Shown piece by piece: positions 28,763 to 40,386 of a stretch of 64,000 nucleotides of DNA. Under the pieces are notes generated by a model. That model was not told where the DNA came from. It did no database searches and saw only the letters and a list, made by a program, of their open reading frames with translations. The DNA lies in assembly GCA_963740315.1 (NCBI GenBank), contig CAVUDP010000002.1:1152001-1216000 (forward strand). The letters are read 5' to 3'. This DNA comes from an uncultured cyanobacterium. Lineage in GTDB: Bacteria; Cyanobacteriota; Cyanobacteriia; Cyanobacteriales; Nostocaceae. The position numbers were made by a program, and so were the translations under genes. Position 1 is the stretch's first letter, and each line of letters begins with the position of its first letter.

Positions 28763-31453
28763 ATGAAAAAAATTGTTTTTATATCTGGATTGGTAAGTGG
28801 TTTATTAACTTCAGGGTTCATTTTACCGGCTTCTTCTCAAGTAACTTCCGATAACACTACTAATACTACTATTAATCAAAACGGTAATAATTTCAATATT
28901 ATTAACGGTATTCAAAAAGGGAATAATTTATTTCACAGTTTTGGAGAGTTTTCTATTCCCAAAGGTGGTTCGGCAACTTTTAATAATTCTACCAACGTAG
29001 TAAATATCATTAACCGCGTGACGGGTGGTTCGATTTCTAATATTGATGGGTTAATTAAAGCTCAGGGAAATGCCAATTTATTTTTAATTAATCCTGCCGG
29101 AATTATATTTGGTGAGAATGCTTCTTTAGATATTGGTGGTTCTTTTTTCGGAAGTACCGCAGAAAGTATATTGTTTAAAAATGGATTTGAGTTTAGCGCG
29201 GTTAATCCTGAAGAAAAACCATTGTTAACAGTTAGCGTTCCTTTTGGGTTACAAATGGGGACTAATCCAGGAGCAATTAATAATCGTTCAACTGTCGATG
29301 GAGTAGGGCTGGAAGTTGCACCTGGAAGAAGTTTGGTATTGGCTGGCGGAACTATTGCCTTAGAAGGTGGAATGCGATCGCCAGGTGGACAAATCGAATT
29401 GTTGAGCGTTGCGGAAGCGGGAAGGTTAGATTTAACCATCGATGGCAACGATATACGTTTGAGTATGCCCAAAAACTTACAGCGAGCTGATGTATCGCTG
29501 AGCGATGGAGCGCAAGCCAACGTCAGCGGAACCCCTGGTGGCAGAATTACCGTTAAGGCTAACAATTTGAACTTGAGTGAAGGTAGCGAACTGCGATCGG
29601 GAATTTCAGGGATAGGCTTACCAGAATCTCAAGCGGGAAATATTGAGATTGATGCTGCCAACACCATAAATATGTATGAAAGCGGCATTCGTAATCAAGT
29701 AGCAACAGGTATGGTGGGAAATGCAGGCAATATTGACATTGTTACCGGCTCGCTGTTTGTGAACAACGGCAGCTACATTGTAACCAACACCAGAGGTACG
29801 GGTAATGCAGGTGAGGTGAATATTCAAGCTACAAAAACTGTTTCTTTTGATGGAGTAAATAGCTTTGGCTACGCTAGCGAACTTTTTACGGGTGTCAATG
29901 GGGGTGCGATTGGGAATGGCGGAGAACTTAATATTACGGCTGAATCGCTATACGTCGCAGATGGCGTTTATCTAGCTAGTAGTACCCTGGGAAGAGGAAA
30001 CGCAGGAACTATTAATTTCCAAACTAAAACTGCTACCTTCACTGGACAAGATGACAAGGGCAATTCAACCTTTGTATCAACTGCTGTTGCAACCGGAGGA
30101 ATCGGGATGGGAGGTGATTTGAATATCAAAACCGATGAACTTTTTGTTAAAGAAGGTGCTTTTCTATCTACTGCCACACTCGGAAAAGGTGATGGCGGCA
30201 CGATGAATATTGATGCTATTACTGCCAGTTTTGATGGATTCGGCAAAACAGGTGTAGCCAGCTTTGCATCGAGTGCGGTGAATCCAACTGCCGATGGCAA
30301 TGGTGGAACAATTAACATTAACGCAAATTTGCTTTCTGTGACTAACGGGGCGCTTTTAACCACAATTACGGGCAAACCTGGAAGTGCAGGTGATATTAAT
30401 GTAAATGCCAATCAACTCGAAGTCTTGAATGGTGGACAAATCTTATCCACGAGCTTTGGATCTGGAAAAGCAGGTAGGCTTACCTTTAATGTCAAAGATA
30501 AAATTATCTTATCTGGTAGCGATCCAATGTATTTCGAGCGCAGTCTGCTGCCAGGTTTCAATGACGCTTCTAATACCGGAGCCGCGAGTGGATTGTTTGC
30601 TAACACTGGTGAAGATGCAACGGGAGCGGGGGGAGACTTACAAATTCGCACGGGAAAATTATTAATTCAAGATGGTGCGAGTGTCAGCGTTAGCAATCTA
30701 GGCATGGGTAATGCTGGAAATCTGCTTGTTACCGCAGACTCAATTCGCTTGAGAAATGCTGCTAGTCTCAGCGCTGAAAGCCGAGCCGGTAGTCAAGGCA
30801 ATATTATTTTAAATGCTGGTGACTTGATTTTACGCGATGGCAGTAACGTTACAACGAATGCAATGGGTTTAGCGACTGGAGGTAATATTAAAATCGATTC
30901 TGCCGTTATTGCAGGCTTTGAAAATAGCGATATTTCTGCCAATGCTGTAGAAGGTAATGGTGGTCAAATTGATATTATTACTCAAGGTATATTCGGCTTA
31001 GAATTCCGTAACGAACTAACTGAAGAAAGTGATATTACCGCGAGTTCTGAATTTGGTGTAAACGGTACGGTAGCAATTAATAATATTAGTATCGATCCGA
31101 GTTCTGGTTTAGTAGAATTAGCCGTAGATTTAGTAGATGGATCGCAGCAAATTGCGTCGGGATGTTCTAATAACTCAGACAATACTTTTGTCGCAACCGG
31201 AAGAGGTGGAATACCAAAAAACCCCAACCAACAAGTTGATGTAAATCCAACTTGGTCGGATATTCGTGATTTATCAGCTTATCGCAAACAGAACAATAAT
31301 ACTGTTGAAAATACACAAATATCAAATAAACCAGCGATTGTAGAAGCTACTGGTTTTATCCGTAATGAAAACGGAGAAATTGAACTTGTTGCTGCTCAAA
31401 ATACATCTTTAAAAACAAAACAAGTTCCTAATTGCAGTGGATTAAGTACGTAA
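28763..31453 (+). CDS. Filamentous haemagglutinin family exoprotein 2
   Basis: Signal peptide, TPS domain (NLFHSF, NPAGI), GxGG beta-helix repeats, TGRGG/IVEATG tail. Confidence 0.92.
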   Translation: MKKIVFISGLVSGLLTSGFILPASSQVTSDNTTNTTINQNGNNFNIINGIQKGNNLFHSFGEFSIPKGGSATFNNSTNVVNIINRVTGGSISNIDGLIKAQGNANLFLINPAGIIFGENASLDIGGSFFGSTAESILFKNGFEFSAVNPEEKPLLTVSVPFGLQMGTNPGAINNRSTVDGVGLEVAPGRSLVLAGGTIALEGGMRSPGGQIELLSVAEAGRLDLTIDGNDIRLSMPKNLQRADVSLSDGAQANVSGTPGGRITVKANNLNLSEGSELRSGISGIGLPESQAGNIEIDAANTINMYESGIRNQVATGMVGNAGNIDIVTGSLFVNNGSYIVTNTRGTGNAGEVNIQATKTVSFDGVNSFGYASELFTGVNGGAIGNGGELNITAESLYVADGVYLASSTLGRGNAGTINFQTKTATFTGQDDKGNSTFVSTAVATGGIGMGGDLNIKTDELFVKEGAFLSTATLGKGDGGTMNIDAITASFDGFGKTGVASFASSAVNPTADGNGGTININANLLSVTNGALLTTITGKPGSAGDINVNANQLEVLNGGQILSTSFGSGKAGRLTFNVKDKIILSGSDPMYFERSLLPGFNDASNTGAASGLFANTGEDATGAGGDLQIRTGKLLIQDGASVSVSNLGMGNAGNLLVTADSIRLRNAASLSAESRAGSQGNIILNAGDLILRDGSNVTTNAMGLATGGNIKIDSAVIAGFENSDISANAVEGNGGQIDIITQGIFGLEFRNELTEESDITASSEFGVNGTVAINNISIDPSSGLVELAVDLVDGSQQIASGCSNNSDNTFVATGRGGIPKNPNQQVDVNPTWSDIRDLSAYRKQNNNTVENTQISNKPAIVEATGFIRNENGEIELVAAQNTSLKTKQVPNCSGLST

Positions 31454-31536
31454 TAGCACGCTATTTAGATATTTGTGTTAGTAGCGTAAATAATTAGGGA
31501 ACCATAAATCCAGAAAGATAAAAATATTTTGACAAT

Positions 31537-33996
31537 ATGAAAAAGATTACATTTCTATCTGGATTAATAAGTGGTTTAATAACTTTGGGGATTGTTTTAC
31601 CAGCTTTTTCTCAGGTAACATCCGATAAAACTACTAATACAACTGTCAACTCAAACGGTAATAATTTCAATATTCTTAACGGTATTCAAAAAGGGAATAA
31701 TTTATTTCATAGTTTCAAAGAGTTTTCTATTCCCAGAGGTGGTGAGGCAACTTTCAATAATTCCACTTCGGTGATGAATATCATTAACCGGGTAACTGGT
31801 GGGAATATTTCTAATATTGATGGATTAATTAAATCTCAAGGTAATGCGAATTTATTTTTGATTAATCCTGCGGGGATTGTATTTGGTGAAAATGCTTCTT
31901 TGGATATTGGTGGTTCGTTTTTTGGAAGTACCGCACAAAGTATTTTGTTTAAAGATGGGTTTGAGTTTAGTGCTGTTAATTCTCAAGAGAAGCCATTATT
32001 AACCGTTAGCGTTCCTGTTGGTTTGCAGATGGGAAGTAATCCTGGTGATATTTTAGTTAATGGAAACGGCCAAGCAATTATCGACAATCAAGATCCAAGA
32101 TTTTTATTACCTCTGATTCGACTACCCGCTCAAGCTAACCTAGAAGTTGATTCTGGAAAAACTTTAGCATTAATTGGTGGAAACGTAATTTTAAAAGGTA
32201 GTTCTCTTAGAGCTAATCAAGGTCGAATAGAACTAGGTGGAGCAAACAATGGTATCGTCAGTTTGCAACCGAGTTTATTTGGTTGGAATTTAGATTATAC
32301 AGAAGTATCTACCGATAGAGATGTTAGTCTTCAATCGCAGTCTGCCATAGATGCAAGTGGTTTGACTAGTCAAGGTATTCAATTAGTAGGAAAACAGGTA
32401 AAACTCGAAGACGCTTCTGTAGCATTAATGCAGGTTTTTGCTACAGCACCTACATCTGGGATAACGGTAAAAGCAAAAGAATTAGTGGAAGTCACGGGTA
32501 CAAACTCAAGATCACTACTCGCTAGCAGTATTAAAATCGAAAGTTTTGGTTTAGCTCGAACGGGAAACCTTGTAGTAAACTCCGCTAATTTAGTTATACG
32601 AGACGGGGGTAAAATTGGTTCATCTCAATTTGGTTCTAATAGAGGAAGTAACGTCAATTTGAATATTTCCGAGGAGATAATTGTCAGCGGAAAATCTCCA
32701 ATAAATAGCTTGAGTTTCAGTCGTTTGGGGTCACTAACTCTAGGCACAGGAGATGGAGGAAATGTCAATCTATCAACTCGAAAATTAACTGTAGAAAATG
32801 GAGCTTATATTGGCTCGCTGACACTTTTTAATACAGGTTCTGGTGGTGATGTAATTATTAATAATGCTGAATCTGTAGAGGTTGTAGGAGAAGGATTGGA
32901 TTTTTCATCCTCTATTAGTACTTCCACTTTAGGTCAAGGGAATGCAGGTCTTATAGTTGTAAATACAGACAGATTAACCTTGAAAGATGGTGGAGATATT
33001 GATTCAACTACTCTTTCTACTGGTAATGCTGGAGAAATAAATATTCACGCAACTGAGTTTTTAAAAGTAACAAGCCTAGAGAGTGATAGTAACATTCGTT
33101 CGGCAGGTTTTGCCAATAATCGCTTGATAAATGCTCTAGGTTTACCGCAGAATCTATCTGGAAATGGGGGAAAAATTGCTATTAATACTCCAAGTTTAGA
33201 ATTAACGGGGAGAAGTCTAATTTCAGTCGCTAATGATGGAACGGGAATTGCTGGAAATTTAGAAATTAATACTGATTCATTTATTCTTTGGGATGGTGCT
33301 TCACTCATAGCTTCAACTACTTCTGGTGAAGGTGGTAACATTAAGCTAAATGTATCGGATTTGCTTGTTCTCCGTAATGGTAGTCAAATTTCAGCAACTG
33401 CTGGGGGAACTGGAAATGGAGGGAGTATTGATATTAAAGCTCCATTTATTGTTGGAGTAAAAAGTGAAAATAGTAATATAAGTGCTAACGCTTTTGAAGG
33501 TAACGGTGGCAACATTAATATTACTGCCCAAGAAATATTCGGTTTAACATTTCGCGACCAATTTACAGCAGAAAGTGATATTACAGCTAGTTCCCAATTT
33601 GGTGTTAATGGTACGGTCAAAATAAATAATACTGGAATTGACTCTAGTTATGATTTAGTCGAATTATCTACAGAATTAACAAATTCGTCGCAAAAAATTA
33701 GTAGGGAATGTGTAAATAAAGGCAGCAGTAGTTTTGTAGTTAGCGGAAGAGGTGGAATACCCCGTAGTCCGAATCAGTATTTGATATCAAATCAAACCTG
33801 GTTTGATATTAGCGATTTATCAGCATCTCGTAAACGTAATAATAATTCGGAAGTTACAAGTATTTCAAATCAACCAGCGATTGTAGAAGCCACTGGTTTT
33901 ATCCGGAATGCAGACGGAGAAATTGAACTTGTCGCCGCTCAAAATACACCTTTACTATTAAGACAATCATCTAATTGTAGCGGGCAAAAAACTTAA
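31537..33996 (+). CDS. Filamentous haemagglutinin family exoprotein 3
   Basis: Same architecture. Confidence 0.92.
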   Translation: MKKITFLSGLISGLITLGIVLPAFSQVTSDKTTNTTVNSNGNNFNILNGIQKGNNLFHSFKEFSIPRGGEATFNNSTSVMNIINRVTGGNISNIDGLIKSQGNANLFLINPAGIVFGENASLDIGGSFFGSTAQSILFKDGFEFSAVNSQEKPLLTVSVPVGLQMGSNPGDILVNGNGQAIIDNQDPRFLLPLIRLPAQANLEVDSGKTLALIGGNVILKGSSLRANQGRIELGGANNGIVSLQPSLFGWNLDYTEVSTDRDVSLQSQSAIDASGLTSQGIQLVGKQVKLEDASVALMQVFATAPTSGITVKAKELVEVTGTNSRSLLASSIKIESFGLARTGNLVVNSANLVIRDGGKIGSSQFGSNRGSNVNLNISEEIIVSGKSPINSLSFSRLGSLTLGTGDGGNVNLSTRKLTVENGAYIGSLTLFNTGSGGDVIINNAESVEVVGEGLDFSSSISTSTLGQGNAGLIVVNTDRLTLKDGGDIDSTTLSTGNAGEINIHATEFLKVTSLESDSNIRSAGFANNRLINALGLPQNLSGNGGKIAINTPSLELTGRSLISVANDGTGIAGNLEINTDSFILWDGASLIASTTSGEGGNIKLNVSDLLVLRNGSQISATAGGTGNGGSIDIKAPFIVGVKSENSNISANAFEGNGGNINITAQEIFGLTFRDQFTAESDITASSQFGVNGTVKINNTGIDSSYDLVELSTELTNSSQKISRECVNKGSSSFVVSGRGGIPRSPNQYLISNQTWFDISDLSASRKRNNNSEVTSISNQPAIVEATGFIRNADGEIELVAAQNTPLLLRQSSNCSGQKT

Positions 33997-34078
33997 TAGT
34001 ACTGAATTTTTTATCTTGTGTTAGTAGGAATAAAAATCGGGGAACCATAAATCCAGAACACAAAATGGTTTGCTAAAC

Positions 34079-36490
34079 ATGAAAGGGTTTGCATTTCTAT
34101 CTGGATTGATAAGTGGTTTACTAAGTTCGGGAATTGTTTTACCGGCTTTTTCTCAAGTAACATCCGATAGTACTACTAATACAACTGTCAAATTAGATGA
34201 TAATAAATTTAATATTCTTAACGGTATTCAAAAAGATAATAATCTATTTCACAGTTTCAAAGAATTTTCTATTCCCACAGGAAGTGAGGCTACTTTCAAT
34301 AATCCCACTTCGGTGATGAATATCATTAACCGGGTAACTGGTGGAAGTATTTCTAATATTGATGGGTTAATTAAAGCGAACGGTAATGCAAATCTATTTT
34401 TAATTAACCCTGCGGGGATTGTATTTGGTGAGAATGCTTCTTTAGATATTGGCGGTTCGTTTTTTGGAAGTACCGCATCAAGTATTTTATTTAAAGATGG
34501 ATTTGAGTTTAGTGCTGTAAATCCTGAAAATAAACCGTTATTAACAGTTAGCGTTCCCGTTGGATTGCAGATGGGGACAAATCCCGGAGCAATTCAGGTA
34601 AAAGGAAACGGACATAATTTGATTACACAGGATATTGTTTTTGCTCCTTACATTAATCCTGAAAGTGTTAATTCTTTACAGGTAAAACCAGGTAAAAGCC
34701 TAACTTTAGTTGCTGGAGATATTACGCTTGATGGTGGTATTTTAAATGTAAAAACAGGAAGAGTTGAATTAAGCAGTGTTAGAGAAGGAAAAGTTAATTT
34801 CAACCAAATTAATCAAGATTCAACATTAGGAAATATTCAACTATCGCAAAAATCTTTGGTAGATGCGGGTGCTGGTGAGATTCAAGTTAATGGTAGCTCC
34901 GTTAGCCTTGAAGATGGCTCCGTATTGTTGGTGCAAAATCAGGGATTGCAATCGGCAGGAGATATTAACGTTAACGCAAGTGAATCTTTGGAAATAAATG
35001 GGATTTCCCCTGATGGCAGAATTCGCAGTGGTTTAGCGAATGATACTTTCGCGGCAAGTAGCGGAAATATTAATATTGTTACGCCACGTTTAATTGTTCA
35101 AGATGGAGGTGGTATTGGTGCTAAAAACTTTGGCTTTGCACAAGGGGGTAATATTTCTTTAGATGTATCTGAATTGATTGCAATCGGCGGAATTTCACAA
35201 ATTAATCCAGCAGCATTTAGTGCTATTGCTTCGATTACCCTTGCAGACGGTAAATCAGGAGATATATTTGTTTCTACTAAAGAGCTTTCTGTTTTGGATG
35301 GTGCAGCAATAGCAGGTACAAGCTTCAGTAGCGGGAATGGTGGTAATATCAGCATAAATGCACAAAGTATAGAAGTCAAAGGCTCAGGTGAAGGTTTATT
35401 TGTAGATAGCACTATTGCTAGTTCTGCTTTTGGAAAAGGTGATGGTGGAAGTATTAATATCAATACTGGTAGTTTGACTGTTGATGAAGACGCAAGTATA
35501 AATACTACTAGTAATAATTCTGGTAATGCCAGTAATATCACTATCTTCGCTACTGAATCCGTGCGAGTAATTAATAAGAGTAGTTTAGAATCAAATGTTC
35601 TGCTGCCGAATGGACTTTTGCAGATTATATTTAACTTACCAAAAGTTCCTAGCGGTAATGGTGGAAATGTCACTATCAATACGCCACTTTTGTTAGTAAC
35701 TGATGAAGGAAAGGTAAATGTTAGTAGTTTAGGAACTGGGGATGCTGGTATTCTCAAGGTAAATGCAGATTTGATTAAGTTAGATAATTTAGGTAGACTT
35801 TCAGCAACCACAGCATTTGGTGAAGGTGGTGATATTTCGTTGCGATCGCAAAGCTTACAAATGCGTCGCGAAAGCATTATTAGTACATCCGCTGGTGGTG
35901 CTGGGAATGGTGGCAATATTACTATTAATACCGATACTTTGGCAGCTCTAGAAAACAGCGATATCAGCGCAAATGCTGAAAATAGTTTTGGTGGTAAGGT
36001 ACTTATTAACGCTGAAGGGATTTTCGGTACTCAGTTTAGAGAAAAACAAACCGATGCCAGTGATATTACTGCAAGTTCTCAGTTGGGAGCAGAATTTAAT
36101 GGTTTAGTTGAACTAAATACCCCAGGAATTGACTCTAATTTAGGAGTAGCAGAATTACCTACAAATGTCATAGATTCTACCAATCAAATTGAGAAAGGAT
36201 GCGCTGCTCAAACTGGAAGCAATTTCGTCGTTACCGGAAGAGGTGGGATGCCGCAAAACCCCACTCAATCCTTGTATTCAAATCCAACTTGGTCAGATAT
36301 TCGCGATTTATCGGTATCTCGTAAGCGTAATAATAATATTGTTGAAACTACAGAAATATCAAATAAACCAGCGATTGTAGAAGCCACTGGTTTTATCCGT
36401 AATGAAGACGGAGAAGTTGAACTTGTTGCCGTTCAACAACAACCTTTAAAAACAAAACAAGTTTCTAATTGTAGCGGGACGAATACGTAA
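34079..36490 (+). CDS. Filamentous haemagglutinin family exoprotein 4
   Basis: Same architecture. Confidence 0.92.
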   Translation: MKGFAFLSGLISGLLSSGIVLPAFSQVTSDSTTNTTVKLDDNKFNILNGIQKDNNLFHSFKEFSIPTGSEATFNNPTSVMNIINRVTGGSISNIDGLIKANGNANLFLINPAGIVFGENASLDIGGSFFGSTASSILFKDGFEFSAVNPENKPLLTVSVPVGLQMGTNPGAIQVKGNGHNLITQDIVFAPYINPESVNSLQVKPGKSLTLVAGDITLDGGILNVKTGRVELSSVREGKVNFNQINQDSTLGNIQLSQKSLVDAGAGEIQVNGSSVSLEDGSVLLVQNQGLQSAGDINVNASESLEINGISPDGRIRSGLANDTFAASSGNINIVTPRLIVQDGGGIGAKNFGFAQGGNISLDVSELIAIGGISQINPAAFSAIASITLADGKSGDIFVSTKELSVLDGAAIAGTSFSSGNGGNISINAQSIEVKGSGEGLFVDSTIASSAFGKGDGGSININTGSLTVDEDASINTTSNNSGNASNITIFATESVRVINKSSLESNVLLPNGLLQIIFNLPKVPSGNGGNVTINTPLLLVTDEGKVNVSSLGTGDAGILKVNADLIKLDNLGRLSATTAFGEGGDISLRSQSLQMRRESIISTSAGGAGNGGNITINTDTLAALENSDISANAENSFGGKVLINAEGIFGTQFREKQTDASDITASSQLGAEFNGLVELNTPGIDSNLGVAELPTNVIDSTNQIEKGCAAQTGSNFVVTGRGGMPQNPTQSLYSNPTWSDIRDLSVSRKRNNNIVETTEISNKPAIVEATGFIRNEDGEVELVAVQQQPLKTKQVSNCSGTNT

Positions 36491-36572
36491 TCATACTACA
36501 TTTTAAAGATTGTGTTAGTAGCGTAAATAATTTGGGAACCATAAATCCAGAATATAAAGAGATTTTTACAAT

Positions 36573-39044
36573 ATGAAAGGGATTGCATTTCTATCTGGAT
36601 TGATAAGTGGTTTATTAACTTTGGGTATTTCATCAGCAACCGCTCAGGTAACTTCCGATAATACGACTAATACAACTATTAATAAAAACGGTAATAATTT
36701 CGATATTATTAACGGTATTCAAAATGGTAATAATTTATTTCATAGTTTCGATAAATTTTCTATTCCTAAAGGTGGTTCGGCAGTTTTCAATAATTCCACT
36801 GATGTCGTAAATATTATTAACCGGGTAACTGGTGGAAGTATTTCTAATATTGATGGATTAATTAAAGCGTCAGGTAATGCAAATTTATTTTTGATTAACC
36901 CGGCAGGAATTGTATTTGGTGAAAATGCTTCTTTAGATATTGGTGGATCTTTTTTTGGAACAACAGCAGAAAGTATATTATTTAAAGATGGGTTTGAGTT
37001 TAGCGCGGTTAATCCTGAAGAAAAGCCGTTGTTAACTGTGAATGTACCTGTGGGTTTGCAGATGGGGAATAATTCAGGAGCGATCGAGGTAAACGGAAGC
37101 GGACATAATTTAATGGCACAAGATGCAACTTTTTCACCTTACATTAATCCCCAGAGCTTTATTCCATTTCAGTTAAGAGCGGGATTACAGGTAAAACCCG
37201 GTAAAACTTTAGCATTAGCTGGTGGAGATATTCAACTCGATGGCGCTATTCTCACAGCAGCAGAAGGAAAAATAGAATTAGCCAGTATTAGAGAAGGGAA
37301 AGTACATTTTACTGATAATTTAAAAGGTTTTGAGTTAAATAATGCAGAAGTTTCAAATGGAAACATTCAACTACTATCACGAACTTTAGTAGATGTTAGC
37401 GGTGCTGGTGCAGGTGGTGTAAATCTACAGGGAAATCAACTTAATATCAAAGATGGTTCTGTTGTCATGGTGCAAAATCGCGGAATTCAAACAGCAGGTG
37501 ATATTAACGTTAAGGCTAAATCAGTTGAATTAAACGGTGCGATCGCCAATACTCAAATTCGCAGCAGTTTGGTGAACGAGACTTTACCTACAGGTGGAAA
37601 TAGTGGGAATATAAATATTAAAAGCGATCGCTTGAGTATTTTAGATGGTGCTTCGGTATTGACTCGAACTTTTGGTTTAGGAAGCGCTGGTTCAATTGAT
37701 ATTAATGCGACTGAATCGGTAGATGTGATGGGAGTTTCGGCAGTTAATCCCGGTCAATTTAGTGCTATTGGTTCGGCTACTTTATCTCCAGGGAATTCCG
37801 GAAATGTGACGCTATCAGCTAAAAAGATATCGGTAGTTGATGCTGGTGTAATTGCAACAACAACCTTCAGCAATGGCTCTGCTGGCAATATAACTATTGA
37901 TAGCGAAAATATTCAAGTGACTGGTAAGAGTATGGGAATTTTTAGAACCACCACAATTTCTAGTACATCTTTTGGAAAAGGTGATGCTGGTAAAGTCGAT
38001 CTTAATACACAAACCCTATCAATTAGGGATGGTGCGGGTGTCAATACAACTAGTCACGATAGCGGAAATGCTGGTAGCGTAACTGTTAACGCCGCTAAAT
38101 CTGTAGAAGTAACTGGTGGAGACGAATTACAAAGCGCAAATATCAATTCCTCTGTCTTTCGCGAACGAACAATTATAGGACAGTTATTTGGACTTCCTGA
38201 AGTACCTGCTGGTGATGCTGGTAATATTACACTCAACACCCCATATCTAAAGGTAAGCGATCGCGGAGCTATTACTGTCCGCAACGTAGGTACGGGTAAT
38301 GCTGGAACATTAAAAGTAAATGCCGATTTAGTGCAGCTAGCCAGTCGAGGAGAGTTCGCTGCAAGTAGTAATTCTGGTGGTGGTGGCGATATTTTTGTAC
38401 AAGCTGATTCTTTACAATTGCGTCGCAACAGCTTTATCACTACTAACGCACGCGGTGAAGGTAACGGTGGTAATATCAATATCAATACTAATACTCTTGT
38501 AGCTTTAGAAAACAGTGACATTACCGCAAATGCCGAAAATAGTTTTGGTGGGAAGGTAATTATTAACGCTCAAGGTATTTTTGGTACGCAGTTTCGAGAA
38601 AATCTTACTTTAGAAAGCGATATTACTGCAAGTTCCGAATTAGGAGCAGAATTTAGTGGTGTGGTTGAACTGAATACTCCAGGAATCGATCCAAATTCGG
38701 GAATCACTGAATTACCTACAGATGTAATTGATTCGAGCAATCAAATCGAGAAGGGATGCGCTGCTCAAACTGGTAGCAGTTTTTCAGTTACCGGAAGAGG
38801 TGGAATGCCGCAAAACCCCAGTCAATCGTTGTATTTAAATCGTACTTGGTCGGATATTCGCGATTTATCGGCATCTCGCAAACAAACTAATAATATTGTT
38901 GAAAATACACAAATATCTCAGAAACCAGCCATTGTAGAAGCTACTGGTTTTATGCGGAATGCAGACGGAGAAATTGAACTTGTCGCTGCTCAAAATACGC
39001 CTTTTAAAACACAAGTTCCTGATTGTAGTGGACTAAGTACGTAA
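36573..39044 (+). CDS. Filamentous haemagglutinin family exoprotein 5
   Basis: Same architecture. Confidence 0.92.
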   Translation: MKGIAFLSGLISGLLTLGISSATAQVTSDNTTNTTINKNGNNFDIINGIQNGNNLFHSFDKFSIPKGGSAVFNNSTDVVNIINRVTGGSISNIDGLIKASGNANLFLINPAGIVFGENASLDIGGSFFGTTAESILFKDGFEFSAVNPEEKPLLTVNVPVGLQMGNNSGAIEVNGSGHNLMAQDATFSPYINPQSFIPFQLRAGLQVKPGKTLALAGGDIQLDGAILTAAEGKIELASIREGKVHFTDNLKGFELNNAEVSNGNIQLLSRTLVDVSGAGAGGVNLQGNQLNIKDGSVVMVQNRGIQTAGDINVKAKSVELNGAIANTQIRSSLVNETLPTGGNSGNINIKSDRLSILDGASVLTRTFGLGSAGSIDINATESVDVMGVSAVNPGQFSAIGSATLSPGNSGNVTLSAKKISVVDAGVIATTTFSNGSAGNITIDSENIQVTGKSMGIFRTTTISSTSFGKGDAGKVDLNTQTLSIRDGAGVNTTSHDSGNAGSVTVNAAKSVEVTGGDELQSANINSSVFRERTIIGQLFGLPEVPAGDAGNITLNTPYLKVSDRGAITVRNVGTGNAGTLKVNADLVQLASRGEFAASSNSGGGGDIFVQADSLQLRRNSFITTNARGEGNGGNININTNTLVALENSDITANAENSFGGKVIINAQGIFGTQFRENLTLESDITASSELGAEFSGVVELNTPGIDPNSGITELPTDVIDSSNQIEKGCAAQTGSSFSVTGRGGMPQNPSQSLYLNRTWSDIRDLSASRKQTNNIVENTQISQKPAIVEATGFMRNADGEIELVAAQNTPFKTQVPDCSGLST

Positions 39045-39099
39045 TAACATTGCATTTTAAAGTTTTTGTTAGTCGCGTAATCAATTAGGGAATAAAGCC

Positions 39100-40386
39100 A
39101 GCAAAGTACAAAATTTACAATTTAAATCATTTCTACCATTGAAATTGTTTAATATCTCTTTCGGCTTGTTTGCTACCAATTCCATTAATTTCAAGCAATA
39201 ACGAACTCATAATGGTATCGGCAATGTCATCACCTCGCGTACGGGTATAACAACTTCAGTTCCATCAATAATTTCACTTTACCTTCATGAATGCTAATCA
39301 GTGCATTCCCTCTTGCTGTCATAACTTCAAGTTTTGGAGCAAGCAACAACACTGCAAAGCTTCTAAATCTTGTGTATTTATTGCTAATCAGCCATCGGTA
39401 AAACCGGTACCAAAATTCAATGCTCAAATAGAAAAGTCTTCACTGATAAAGCAACAATCGTTTCAAAAGGTAAAGATGCAGATGGAAGACCTACTACAAT
39501 AAACTCAAATGTTAGAACTAATCCATCTTTTCAGAAATTATTTAATCTACCCGATGTTCCTAGCGGTGATGCTGGAAGTATCACTATAAATACACCATTT
39601 CTTTCAGTAGCTGATGAAGCATTTGTGAGTGTAGATAATTTAGGAAGTGGGAATGCTGGTATTCTCAAGGTAGATGCAGATTTGATTAAGTTAGATAATT
39701 TAGGTAGACTTTCAGCAACTACAGCATTTGGTGAAGGTGGTGACATTTCGTTGCGATCGCAAAGCTTACAAATGCGTCGCGAAAGTATTATTAGTACATC
39801 TGCCGGTGGTGCTGGAAATGGTGGCAATATTACTATTAATACCGATACTTTGGCAGCTTTAGAAAACAGCGATATCAGCGCAAATGCCGAAAACAGTTTC
39901 GGTGGAAAGGTAACTATTAACACAAAAGGTATTTTCGGTACGCAGTTTAGAGAAAAACAAACCGATGCCAGCGATATTACTGCAAGTTCCGAATTAGGAG
40001 CAGAATTTAGTGGTTTAGTTGAACTCAATACTCCTGGAATTGACTCTAATTTAGGAGTAGCAGAATTACCTACAAATGTCGTAGATTCTAGCAATCAAAT
40101 TGCCGCTGGATGTGCTGCTCAAACAGGCAATACTTTTATCTCAACTGGAAGAGGTGGAATACCGCAAAACCCCAACGAACAAGTTGATATAAATCCAACT
40201 TGGTCGGATATTCGCGATTTATCAGCATATCGCCAACAAAATAATAATATTACTGAAAATACCCAAATATCAAGTAAACCAGCGATTGTAGAAGCTACTG
40301 GTTTTGTGCGTAATCAAGACGGAGAAGTTGAACTTGTTGCTCTTGAAAATAAGCCTTTTAAAACACAAGTTTCTAACTGTAGTTAG
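39100..40386 (+). pseudogene. Filamentous haemagglutinin 6, 5' part deleted/scrambled, C-terminal ~300 codons intact
   Basis: 39470-40386 in frame and largely near-identical to paralog 4; no signal peptide or TPS domain; upstream motif retained at 39068. Confidence 0.85.

Noticed and set aside
26523..40094. Long minus-strand ORFs within the FHA genes
   Set aside because: Antisense shadows caused by Gly/Asn/Ser-rich codon bias
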